From: Candidatus Omnitrophota bacterium
GTDB taxonomy: Bacteria > Omnitrophota > Omnitrophia > Omnitrophales > JACROU01
Assembly (NCBI GenBank): GCA_029261035.1
Contig: JAJDCD010000008.1
Coordinates: forward strand, 98,313-162,312
Direction of reading: 5' to 3'
DNA: 64,000 bases
Below, piece by piece: positions 10,963 to 19,318 of the stretch. A program made the position numbers and the translations under genes. Position 1 is the stretch's first letter; every line of letters begins with the position of its first letter. Under the pieces are notes generated by a model. It was not told where the DNA came from and ran no database searches. It saw only the letters and a list, made by a program, of their open reading frames with translations.

Positions 10963-11718
10963 TTATATTTTAATAACTTCTAAATCATCTTTCGAAATCC
11001 ACCCATGATCTTCATTAAATAATTGAACACGGTTCCAATTTGATTCAGACTCAAGCACTCTCACCTTCAATCCTTCAGCAAGTTTAAAAACTGTTTTTTC
11101 CTCTAACGAAGGACCATATCTCGCTGGAGCATCTTTTCGTATAACAATCGCATAAGAAACATACTGATCAACCCAATATTTAACCCCAGTTAAAAAGATC
11201 ACAACACACAAAAGAGTAATCAAATACTTGGAAAACAAATTCTGCATAGGAGCTCTTTTTAAAAGAAGTCGGATTATCATCCATAAAAATGCAATCAAAA
11301 GAACTGAAAATAAAATAATTTGAATTTCAATTAACGTCCACTGCCCTGAAATAAACTCCATTAATTTTATTATGTCATTTCTTTTATCTTCCACCTTCGT
11401 ATCCACAAGACCTTTAACAAATCTTAAATTATGTTTAACATCAGGATCTCTAGGGGCAAGCATTTTAGCTTTTTCATATGAAGCAATAGACAAACCTAAT
11501 TTTTTTTCCTTATAAGCTGCGTTACCTAAATTATAAAAAGCTTCTGGAGTTGCTTTGATTAAACTAATTTTTTGATAAAGATCCAAAGCTTCATCATACA
11601 AATCGCTTTTAAATAAATCGTTAGCTTCGTCAAAATCCTTCACATAGCTCTCTTCAAGAGCAAAAGAAATACTACAAAACAAAATTCCGACTAAAAAGAA
11701 TAAGGCTATTTTTTTCAT
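10963..11718 (-). CDS. batE: BatE-like TPR plus SH3b protein
   Basis: Signal peptide, TPR (YNLGNAAYK...YEKA..LAPRDPDV.HNL), two TMs, SH3b (RYGPS...LAEGLKV...GWI). Confidence 0.8.
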   Translation of the reverse strand: MKKIALFFLVGILFCSISFALEESYVKDFDEANDLFKSDLYDEALDLYQKISLIKATPEAFYNLGNAAYKEKKLGLSIASYEKAKMLAPRDPDVKHNLRFVKGLVDTKVEDKRNDIIKLMEFISGQWTLIEIQIILFSVLLIAFLWMIIRLLLKRAPMQNLFSKYLITLLCVVIFLTGVKYWVDQYVSYAIVIRKDAPARYGPSLEEKTVFKLAEGLKVRVLESESNWNRVQLFNEDHGWISKDDLEVIKI

Positions 11719-13688
11719 AAACTTTTATCCAAATCCATAACAACTTTTTCGATTAAATCGATCATTTGACGATTTTCCTGCTCTGTAGGTTCATACCCTG
11801 TAAACTGAGCTCTATCTCTTAAATCGTAAATCACTTCCACATCCCTTAGAACATCATCACCCATCTCAATCTCTGCCATTCTTTCCTTAACTACGCTCAT
11901 GCTCATCGAGTGAATCGATACATTCATTTTGTCCGCGAAATAACGATCTAAAATCTTCCCGATCTCAGCACAAACTTCTACAGAAGTTTTTCCAGAGGAT
12001 TTCATTATCTTTTCCATTCTTTTAACACTTTTAGTAGCCAAACGAGAAGCCGATCTTCTCTTTCGAACTACATGATCCTGCTGATTTGTCGGAGATTTCA
12101 TCTGGAAAAAAAAGAGCATCAAGAATAAAAGACCTAGCGCAGAACTAACACCCACAAAAACATTTTTCATTTTCTGCTCGAACTGATAAAACTTAAACAC
12201 TCTAAAATCTGTTTTAATCGTATAAATATCTTTTGCTTCTTTTTTTAAATCTTTCTTCAAAGATTCTTGCTGATCCGATGGAACATACCTCAATTCATCT
12301 TGAGCTTCACCAGGCAATACTTTAACTTTAAACTCCTTACTTCTTATAGCTTTATAACTATGACTATAAGGGTCAAAGTAATTAAACACCAAGGATGGGA
12401 TAACGTAATCCCCTGTATTTTCAGGAATAAAAATAATTTCAAATATTTTAGAACCTACGATAACATCTCTTCTTTTTAACAGTTGAGATGAAGACTCTCC
12501 ATCATAGATTTTAAAATTATCTATCTTTGGGATAGGAGGATGCTGTAACGTTTCGATATTACCCTCTCCTTCAATCTTCAAACTCAAAGTAATGGGTTCG
12601 TTTTGTTTTACTTGAACTCGATCGACAACAGCCTCAAACTGAAAACGACCTACAATCCCACTAAACTGAGAGGGCTTTCCTCTCTCTGGAAGCTCTCTTA
12701 CTTGAATATTAAGAATGGGAGTTGTAAGCAACTTATTCACACGTCTAGAAAACATTCCTCCACCAAAAAAGCTATCATTAAAAAAATCATCAAACATTCC
12801 ACCATTTCGCCCGCTACGTTGCTCAATCGATGCTTTAACCGTTCCTGGTTCAATCTGAAATTGTCCTGGCGACGTTGGAAACAACGCTAATTTTTTAATA
12901 TCAGCCTTAATATACCTTCTTCCCCCAACAGTAACTGTTGTTTTTTCAATATCACGTCCTATAGGTATTTCTTCCACCCAAAAACCTGTCGCTTGAGGCT
13001 CTTCCTCAAAGCCTTCATACCGCGTATCTGCACGTGTATATAAAGAATACGTTAACGAAATTTGCTGACCAGGATAAACAGCCGTCTTATCCACCCAAGC
13101 TTTTAAAAAAATAGGTTCATTCCCTGATGCTTGCTCATTAACACTAGGAGAGCTTCCTCCTGAGTAAGGGTAAGGTGTCGTTGTCTGTGGTAAAGAAGTC
13201 CTTGTCGGACTCGAATAATTAGGATCTGGAGAATTAACCGGCAATGAAGTACTTTGACCTAATGCAGGACTATTTGTCTGTTGCATTCCAGGAGTTCCCA
13301 AAACTTCAATCTGAACAACTTCTGTTCGATAAATATCACTATTTACGTTAACTTCTATAGGTCCAACATTAAAAATACCCGCTCTTTTAGGAATTAGAAC
13401 ATAACGAAACTCTGTTATAGAATCCTGCTTTCCATTCACAAAGGAAAACCGAGTCGAACGTCCAGAGTAATAAGATTCGAAACTTTCACTGATAGGAATA
13501 CGGGGTCTTTGAATATTTACTTTAGCTCCAGAAATACGTATATTTAAGCTCAATTGATCATCTACTTCTAAAGTTTTTTTGTCAAAAATAGTCGAGACCT
13601 GTATATTCTCTTGCGCAACCCCATACGAACATACGAGTAACGTCAAAAAAAGGACTACAATAGATTTTGAGACTCTAATCATATTCAT
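11715..13688 (-). CDS. batD: BatD family protein
   Basis: Signal peptide, repeated Ig-like units (VDKTAVYPGQQI.LTY, GEGNI, FNYFDP), C-terminal TM; adjacent to batE; start uncertain. Confidence 0.85.
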   Translation of the reverse strand: MNMIRVSKSIVVLFLTLLVCSYGVAQENIQVSTIFDKKTLEVDDQLSLNIRISGAKVNIQRPRIPISESFESYYSGRSTRFSFVNGKQDSITEFRYVLIPKRAGIFNVGPIEVNVNSDIYRTEVVQIEVLGTPGMQQTNSPALGQSTSLPVNSPDPNYSSPTRTSLPQTTTPYPYSGGSSPSVNEQASGNEPIFLKAWVDKTAVYPGQQISLTYSLYTRADTRYEGFEEEPQATGFWVEEIPIGRDIEKTTVTVGGRRYIKADIKKLALFPTSPGQFQIEPGTVKASIEQRSGRNGGMFDDFFNDSFFGGGMFSRRVNKLLTTPILNIQVRELPERGKPSQFSGIVGRFQFEAVVDRVQVKQNEPITLSLKIEGEGNIETLQHPPIPKIDNFKIYDGESSSQLLKRRDVIVGSKIFEIIFIPENTGDYVIPSLVFNYFDPYSHSYKAIRSKEFKVKVLPGEAQDELRYVPSDQQESLKKDLKKEAKDIYTIKTDFRVFKFYQFEQKMKNVFVGVSSALGLLFLMLFFFQMKSPTNQQDHVVRKRRSASRLATKSVKRMEKIMKSSGKTSVEVCAEIGKILDRYFADKMNVSIHSMSMSVVKERMAEIEMGDDVLRDVEVIYDLRDRAQFTGYEPTEQENRQMIDLIEKVVMDLDKSL

Positions 13689-13846
13689 AAGTGTAAAAAC
13701 CCTAAATTGAGAGCTACAGGCATAAATCAAACTTTCATTGTAAAACAACCTATTCCCTAAGTCAATCTAAGGAAAATGCTTGATAACGACCTATAATACA
13801 TAGGAGTGGAATAGAGTCTGCTTTAGGAAAGTTTATTTACGAGCGG

Positions 13847-14062
13847 CTATTCTTCAACCCAATCATTTGTTACGTCAATTTCTAGCTTTTTAAAACATTG
13901 ATTACAACAACCAATAACAAAAACCTTATTGTCTTTCGAGATTAAGGTTCCATCTAAAATCTTACACTCTTTAGAACAATGCAAACACTCAAAAAATGTT
14001 TTTTCTAAAAATGCTTTACTAGGATCCTCTCCATAACTCGGATAAGGTTTAAAATCCCCCAT
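13847..14062 (-). CDS. Small Cys-rich, possibly zinc-binding hypothetical protein
   Basis: CLHC...CCNQC; AAGGAG SD 6 nt before ATG 14062. Confidence 0.6.
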   Translation of the reverse strand: MGDFKPYPSYGEDPSKAFLEKTFFECLHCSKECKILDGTLISKDNKVFVIGCCNQCFKKLEIDVTNDWVEE

Positions 14063-14072
14063 CGACATCTCC

Positions 14073-15029
14073 TTATAATAAGTCTTCTAATATAGATTTT
14101 TTTTCTTCCAGTTCTTCTAATACCAAAGATAAATCTTTTTTATTTTTAATCCGCACTCTAAGTTCAACACCCTCTTCTTCCATAGATTCAGATTTTACTA
14201 ACTGGATTTTTTGTTTAAATTTTATTTTTGATATTTTTTTTCTAAATTCTTTTTTGGCTTCAAAACTCTTAGGATAACGGCATTGATTCAATACAGCAAT
14301 CAACTTTTCTGATCGCAACCTCTCCTTTCCTTCCCCAGCTTCTTCAATCAGAGAAAACAACTCCGGCTTCTTTAAAATATCACCTAGTGCATGATCGTGA
14401 ATATGTTTCAAATCTTTCAGTAGCTGCGCTAAGAGTTGTATTTCTGAAGAAGTAAATACAAACAGACTTAAAACAGAGTTCCATAGTAACCCTTGTTCCT
14501 CAGGAGAAAATTCAGCCAAATCCCAAATTCCTCTAAACGGTAGCTGACCATGATAAACGCTTTCGAGTATTTCTTTATTTAGGAGTTGTACTTTTTGGTA
14601 ACAATCTATTTGCTTCAAAGAGACATCAATTCCATGGCGATTAAACCATTTAGTAATATCTCGATTCTCTTTTAAAGCATCGCTCCCAAGAAGTTTTGAA
14701 AAAAGAACAGAAAAATCTAATTCGCTATAAGATTGCCTATAATTCATGTCTAAAGCAAACGAAAATAACTGCTCCTCAGATAAACCCTCTTTAATAACAG
14801 AAATAGGAATATCTTCCCCCCAAGAAATACTTAACAATGCATAAAAACGCTTAAATCCTGAGATGAGCTCATACCTCCCAGAGTCTGTTTTTCTACAAAG
14901 CAAAGGGGCCATCAACCCTTGGTTTTTAATAGACTCCGTCAGCAAATCATCTTTCAATGAATAGCGTAAGCAATACTTCCCATCCAAAGGATCTATGTCT
15001 TGAATTTTTACTTTTTTAAAACTGAGCAT
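14073..15029 (-). CDS. ParB/Srx N-terminal domain protein
   Basis: LTESIKNQGLMAPLL...YELISGFKRF; helical C-terminal part. Confidence 0.75.
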   Translation of the reverse strand: MLSFKKVKIQDIDPLDGKYCLRYSLKDDLLTESIKNQGLMAPLLCRKTDSGRYELISGFKRFYALLSISWGEDIPISVIKEGLSEEQLFSFALDMNYRQSYSELDFSVLFSKLLGSDALKENRDITKWFNRHGIDVSLKQIDCYQKVQLLNKEILESVYHGQLPFRGIWDLAEFSPEEQGLLWNSVLSLFVFTSSEIQLLAQLLKDLKHIHDHALGDILKKPELFSLIEEAGEGKERLRSEKLIAVLNQCRYPKSFEAKKEFRKKISKIKFKQKIQLVKSESMEEEGVELRVRIKNKKDLSLVLEELEEKKSILEDLL

Positions 15030-15031
15030 AT

Positions 15032-16462
15032 TTATTTACCCTCCAACCATTTAAGCCAACGCCTTTCAACTTCTTTAGCAGACAAGCTGAATACTTTTAA
15101 GAATGCAGAATCAACGTTTTCTTCTTTCCCTAATTCTTTAAGCAATTCTCTTACTTTATAAAAACCAAACCTCTCTATCAAATAATCAACAAAAACAAAA
15201 GACTGTTGATAAAACAGCGTTGTCGTTTCGGTGTTCTTGAAAATCTTTTCTCCTAAAGAAAGTCCCCTAAGATTCAAAAGCTTATTTCTACGGTAAGTTG
15301 TCCAAAAAAATCTTAATTGAATTGGAATAACTTTATTTTCATAGTATTGCGCAACTCCTTCGTTAAGCCATAAAGGAACTTTATCACCCGCATAATTATA
15401 TATAAATGCATGCGTCAATTCATGCCATATCAATCGCTTCATCTCACGCTCAGAACCTCTTTGCTTATTCAAAAATGGCATTCTTATTTTCCCATCAAAA
15501 AGAGCTCCCGTTAAATGTGAAGATCGAATCTTATTTTCAAAATCCTTTTTCTCATACATTAAGACGACTATTTTACCTTTAAGAGGAGTAGAAAAATCTT
15601 GGTAAATTTCCTTATAAGCCTCTCTCAACAACAACTTTAAGTCATAAGAAGTGTATTGTTGATTCGACGATGCGTATCTTATCTTAAAATGCTCCTCCTC
15701 TACAGAGAGCAAACCTTCCTCTAAAGGAAGCTCTTTCTTTAACTTACTCCTCTTTTTATTTATTCGATCCAAACTGTCTCTGGATACTGCTTTTTCCCAA
15801 TAAAACTCAGCCTCTTTAAGCTCTTGGAGTTGATAATGTATGTTCCCCAGCAATTCATTCGCCAATTTATTATTTGGCTCATACTCTAATATCTTCTTTG
15901 TTGGAGTCTTGGCTAATTCATAATTTTTTGCTTCATAAAAACTACCTGCTTGTTCAAATAAAGCATAAACTACATTTCTACGAAAAATAAAGTTATCCGT
16001 AGGCTGAAATTTTCGAGAGACTCTCTCTTTCCCATCGGGAAGAAGATGAGAGATAACATTATTTTTCATTTCCACTGGCTGTTTTTCCTCAAGAAGCATT
16101 GAGATTTCTTTTGCTTTTTCTTGATTCACACCTAAACCTTTGGCAATATCCAAATATTCTTTAGCTTCCTGAAAGTGATTTTCTTGAACAAGAAATTTAC
16201 TGTATTTCAAATAGACTAAAGCAAGTTTCTTTTCCGTTTCAACATCATAATGCTTATATATCTTCTCTTCCAATTCTTCAATCTCATGTACAAGTTCCTC
16301 TTCTTCCAAACTTAATTCAATATTTTTACTGACTGTCAAAACTTGAGTATCTGGTTTCATCTCCTCAGAAAATAACTCTGGAGAAGAATGGTAAAACATA
16401 AGGATTGTGAGGGGAAGAATGAGTAAAAGTTTTATATTTTCTATATGAAGCATATATATCAT
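15032..16462 (-). CDS. TPR-containing peptidase MA (gluzincin-like)
   Basis: TPR-like repeats; HELTH followed by PLWLNEGVAQY. Confidence 0.8.
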   Translation of the reverse strand: MIYMLHIENIKLLLILPLTILMFYHSSPELFSEEMKPDTQVLTVSKNIELSLEEEELVHEIEELEEKIYKHYDVETEKKLALVYLKYSKFLVQENHFQEAKEYLDIAKGLGVNQEKAKEISMLLEEKQPVEMKNNVISHLLPDGKERVSRKFQPTDNFIFRRNVVYALFEQAGSFYEAKNYELAKTPTKKILEYEPNNKLANELLGNIHYQLQELKEAEFYWEKAVSRDSLDRINKKRSKLKKELPLEEGLLSVEEEHFKIRYASSNQQYTSYDLKLLLREAYKEIYQDFSTPLKGKIVVLMYEKKDFENKIRSSHLTGALFDGKIRMPFLNKQRGSEREMKRLIWHELTHAFIYNYAGDKVPLWLNEGVAQYYENKVIPIQLRFFWTTYRRNKLLNLRGLSLGEKIFKNTETTTLFYQQSFVFVDYLIERFGFYKVRELLKELGKEENVDSAFLKVFSLSAKEVERRWLKWLEGK

Positions 16463-17562
16463 TTTAAAGTTTGAACTCTTTTAATTCGGTGGCTTATCGA
16501 TGGATGATCATACAACAAAAACTCAATAAGAGGATGAGGGTTTGGGTTTGCCAAATTCAATTCAGCCAACTTCTCCATTAAACTTTGAAAAACATCTTTC
16601 CTTGGTATCGTTTTTATAGCAAAAGCATCCGCTTCATATTCATGCTTCCTAGAAAAAGCATTCTCAAGCGGTGATGAAATAATCCCAAATAAAGAAATAA
16701 GCAAAAATAAAAAAGGGAGAAAAACAACATCCCCAATACTTTCACCCCCTCTGAAAGACACCCAAATATTCGATAGATGAAAAAGAAGAAAAAATACGGC
16801 CAAAGTAGTTACAGTTCCCCATCCAACCCTTTTCCATAAATGATTTAAACGACAATGCCCCATTTCATGAGCTACGACCATCTCAACCTCATCTTCAGTA
16901 AAATTCTCTAAAAGGTTGTCCGATAAAATAACTCTACGCGTTTTACCCATACCGCAAAAAGCAGCATTTGCTTTTTTTGTCGTCTTACTCATATTAAACA
17001 TATAAACATTATCAAGCGCCAAACCGCCACTCTTAACGAGATTTAAAAGCCTCAGTCTTAAGACTTCATTATCTAAAGGTTTAAATTTATAAAACAATGG
17101 AAAAATAAGTATCGGAGCTAAACGTCCCAATAAAATAGAAAAAGCTAACCAGCCTACCCACGCAATCCACCACCAATCTTTTTCAAAAGTATGAACTACA
17201 AGATAAAATATTTCCACTAAGAAAAGAGATAAAAGAAAGGAAAGAACTGATTTTTTTACTCCTTCAAAGAACCACCCCCCAAAAGATTGTTCGGATAAAT
17301 TATATTTCTTTTCTAATAAATAGCTGAAAAAGATGGAAAACGGGAAAGCAAAAATATAAATATAAATCGAAAACAAAAAGAAAAAAAGGGCAATTCCCAG
17401 ATAGTAAGAATTGGTTACTGAAACAACAAATTGTTTAAAAAAGGATGATAGTGGAGAAAATACGGCGACTGCAAGCAAAGATAAGATCAAAAACAAATGA
17501 AATGCTGAGGCGTAAAGTTTAATTTTTTGGTACTCAACAGCTTTATTACGACCTTGTTCCAT
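16459..17562 (-). CDS. M48 family (Ste24-like) membrane metallopeptidase
   Basis: Multiple TMs, ANAAFCG, HEMGH, EYEADAFA, DHPSI..RI. Confidence 0.93.
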   Translation of the reverse strand: MEQGRNKAVEYQKIKLYASAFHLFLILSLLAVAVFSPLSSFFKQFVVSVTNSYYLGIALFFFLFSIYIYIFAFPFSIFFSYLLEKKYNLSEQSFGGWFFEGVKKSVLSFLLSLFLVEIFYLVVHTFEKDWWWIAWVGWLAFSILLGRLAPILIFPLFYKFKPLDNEVLRLRLLNLVKSGGLALDNVYMFNMSKTTKKANAAFCGMGKTRRVILSDNLLENFTEDEVEMVVAHEMGHCRLNHLWKRVGWGTVTTLAVFFLLFHLSNIWVSFRGGESIGDVVFLPFLFLLISLFGIISSPLENAFSRKHEYEADAFAIKTIPRKDVFQSLMEKLAELNLANPNPHPLIEFLLYDHPSISHRIKRVQTLK

Positions 17563-17585
17563 AAAAACCCTACCCGCTTATTTCT

Positions 17586-17693
17586 TTAAGAATCTCTCTT
17601 TTTTCTTAAAAAAGTGATTACGATACAAAACAAAAAACCACCCAAAATAAGTACCAACGAAAAAATCATAAAAATCAGAGCCTGCAATTCCAT
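17586..17693 (-). CDS. 35-aa single-TM protein, MetS-like small subunit of the NSS transporter
   Basis: GGAGG SD then MELQALIFMIFSLVLILGGFLFCIVITFLRKKRDS*, immediately after the NSS transporter stop. Confidence 0.7.
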   Translation of the reverse strand: MELQALIFMIFSLVLILGGFLFCIVITFLRKKRDS

Positions 17694-17705
17694 CTAAATC
17701 CTCCG

Positions 17706-19151
17706 TCAATCCTCTTCATACTTAATATGTTTTATCCACTGCGGAGTTAAAACAAGAAGAGCAATGATTAAAATACCCCATTGCAAAAAACAAGTCCCAA
17801 CATTATATGAGTGTAATGGAAACCACCATTGCTCCGGATTGTCTTTTATCGACTGTATCAACCACCAACTGATCACTATAATAAATTCTAACGGGATGAC
17901 CCATTTAACCATAAAGCCAAAACCAAACTTAAAAAATTGGGGCATACCCGAAAAATTCTCATTCAAATATTTCTCAATACCATAGCGATGAATTAGAACA
18001 GCAAAAAAGAAACCACTCAGCAAAAGACCTAAACCCCAAACCCAATCTTGATTGTTTAGAATATCAATACGCAAAGCAGATGGAGTTCCAATAAGAATAC
18101 CAAAAAAGAAAATAAAAAATACCGATTTTCTACGGGATACTCCAAAATTTCTTAAAAAATGTGATCCCAACTCAATCATCGAAACTAAAGAAGTAAAAGC
18201 AGCACAAGATAAAGCTAAAAAGAAAAATACAGCAAATAACTGCCCATATTCTAATTGTTTAAAAATAAGTGGTAATGAAATAAAAGTAAGGCCGGTATTC
18301 CCTGAAGCAGTAATGGACATCGCCTCCCCCACAGGAAGAACAGCAAACAAAGTTGGAATGATCGCTAAGGATGCAATCATGGCAGCAGAACTATCCCCTA
18401 ACCCTGTTGTAAAGGAATGCAAAACAGAATTCTCCTTACTATGCGAATAGGCAGCGTAAGACAAAATAATGCCCCACCCTGCCCCTGTACTCCAAGCCGA
18501 TTGACTGATCGCTTCAATCCAAGTAGTCGCTGACAATAACTTGGACCAATCTGTTGAAAATATAAAATTAAGGCCTGCCGCAGCATTAGGTAAACTCATT
18601 GCAAACAATGCAAGAGCTATCAAAACAAGAAAAAATAAAGGCATTAAAATAATGCAAAGCCTCTCTATTCCTTTAATAACACCCAAAAGAACAATCAAAC
18701 TAGCACAAAAAAAACTAATACAATGAAAATAAAGGGGTTCCATTGAGCCAACAGTAAATTGAGTCCAGAGCACTTGGGAATCCACTTTAAAAAGAGAACC
18801 CGTTAGCGCTAAGGAAAAGTATTTTAAGCACCACCCCACAATAACGCTGTAATAAAACATAATCCCCATAGTACAAAATGCAATGAAGGCTCCCATCCAC
18901 ACCCATTTCTTGCCAAGCATTTCAGAAAAAACAACAAAAACACCTTGCCCATAACGCTTACCACATGAAAATTCAATTAAGATGATTGGAATTGCCCACA
19001 AAAAAAGAGCGATGATAAAAGCAATGAGAAAGGCCCCTCCACCATTAAGAGCGACAACTCGTGGGAAACGCCAAATATTCCCAGTCCCAATAGCGAGGCC
19101 TAATAAAGCTAAAATAAGTCCCCAAGTAGATTGAAATCGTTCTTTACCCAT
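17706..19151 (-). CDS. Sodium-dependent NSS (SNF) family transporter
   Basis: GLAIGTGNIWRFP, NGGGAFLI, GIER, about 12 TMs. Confidence 0.94.
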   Translation of the reverse strand: MGKERFQSTWGLILALLGLAIGTGNIWRFPRVVALNGGGAFLIAFIIALFLWAIPIILIEFSCGKRYGQGVFVVFSEMLGKKWVWMGAFIAFCTMGIMFYYSVIVGWCLKYFSLALTGSLFKVDSQVLWTQFTVGSMEPLYFHCISFFCASLIVLLGVIKGIERLCIILMPLFFLVLIALALFAMSLPNAAAGLNFIFSTDWSKLLSATTWIEAISQSAWSTGAGWGIILSYAAYSHSKENSVLHSFTTGLGDSSAAMIASLAIIPTLFAVLPVGEAMSITASGNTGLTFISLPLIFKQLEYGQLFAVFFFLALSCAAFTSLVSMIELGSHFLRNFGVSRRKSVFFIFFFGILIGTPSALRIDILNNQDWVWGLGLLLSGFFFAVLIHRYGIEKYLNENFSGMPQFFKFGFGFMVKWVIPLEFIIVISWWLIQSIKDNPEQWWFPLHSYNVGTCFLQWGILIIALLVLTPQWIKHIKYEED

Positions 19152-19226
19152 AAAGGTTATTATATCGTTCTTCGAAGCTTTTAGCCATTAGCTTTTAGCT
19201 GAAGAGTTAAAGGAAGGGTCTGGTTT

Positions 19227-19274
19227 AAAAAAAAGAGGCCGGAAGTAATAAAAAACCTATTTCCGACCTCTTTC
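19227..19274 (-). terminator. Intrinsic terminator of the giant ORF
   Basis: Minus strand AGAGGTCGGAAATA-loop-TACTTCCGGCCTCT followed by a T run, about 45 nt after the stop. Confidence 0.8.
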
Positions 19275-19318
19275 TTTCTGTAATCCGTTCTCTCTAATCT
19301 GCCATCGCTCCCAACAAT

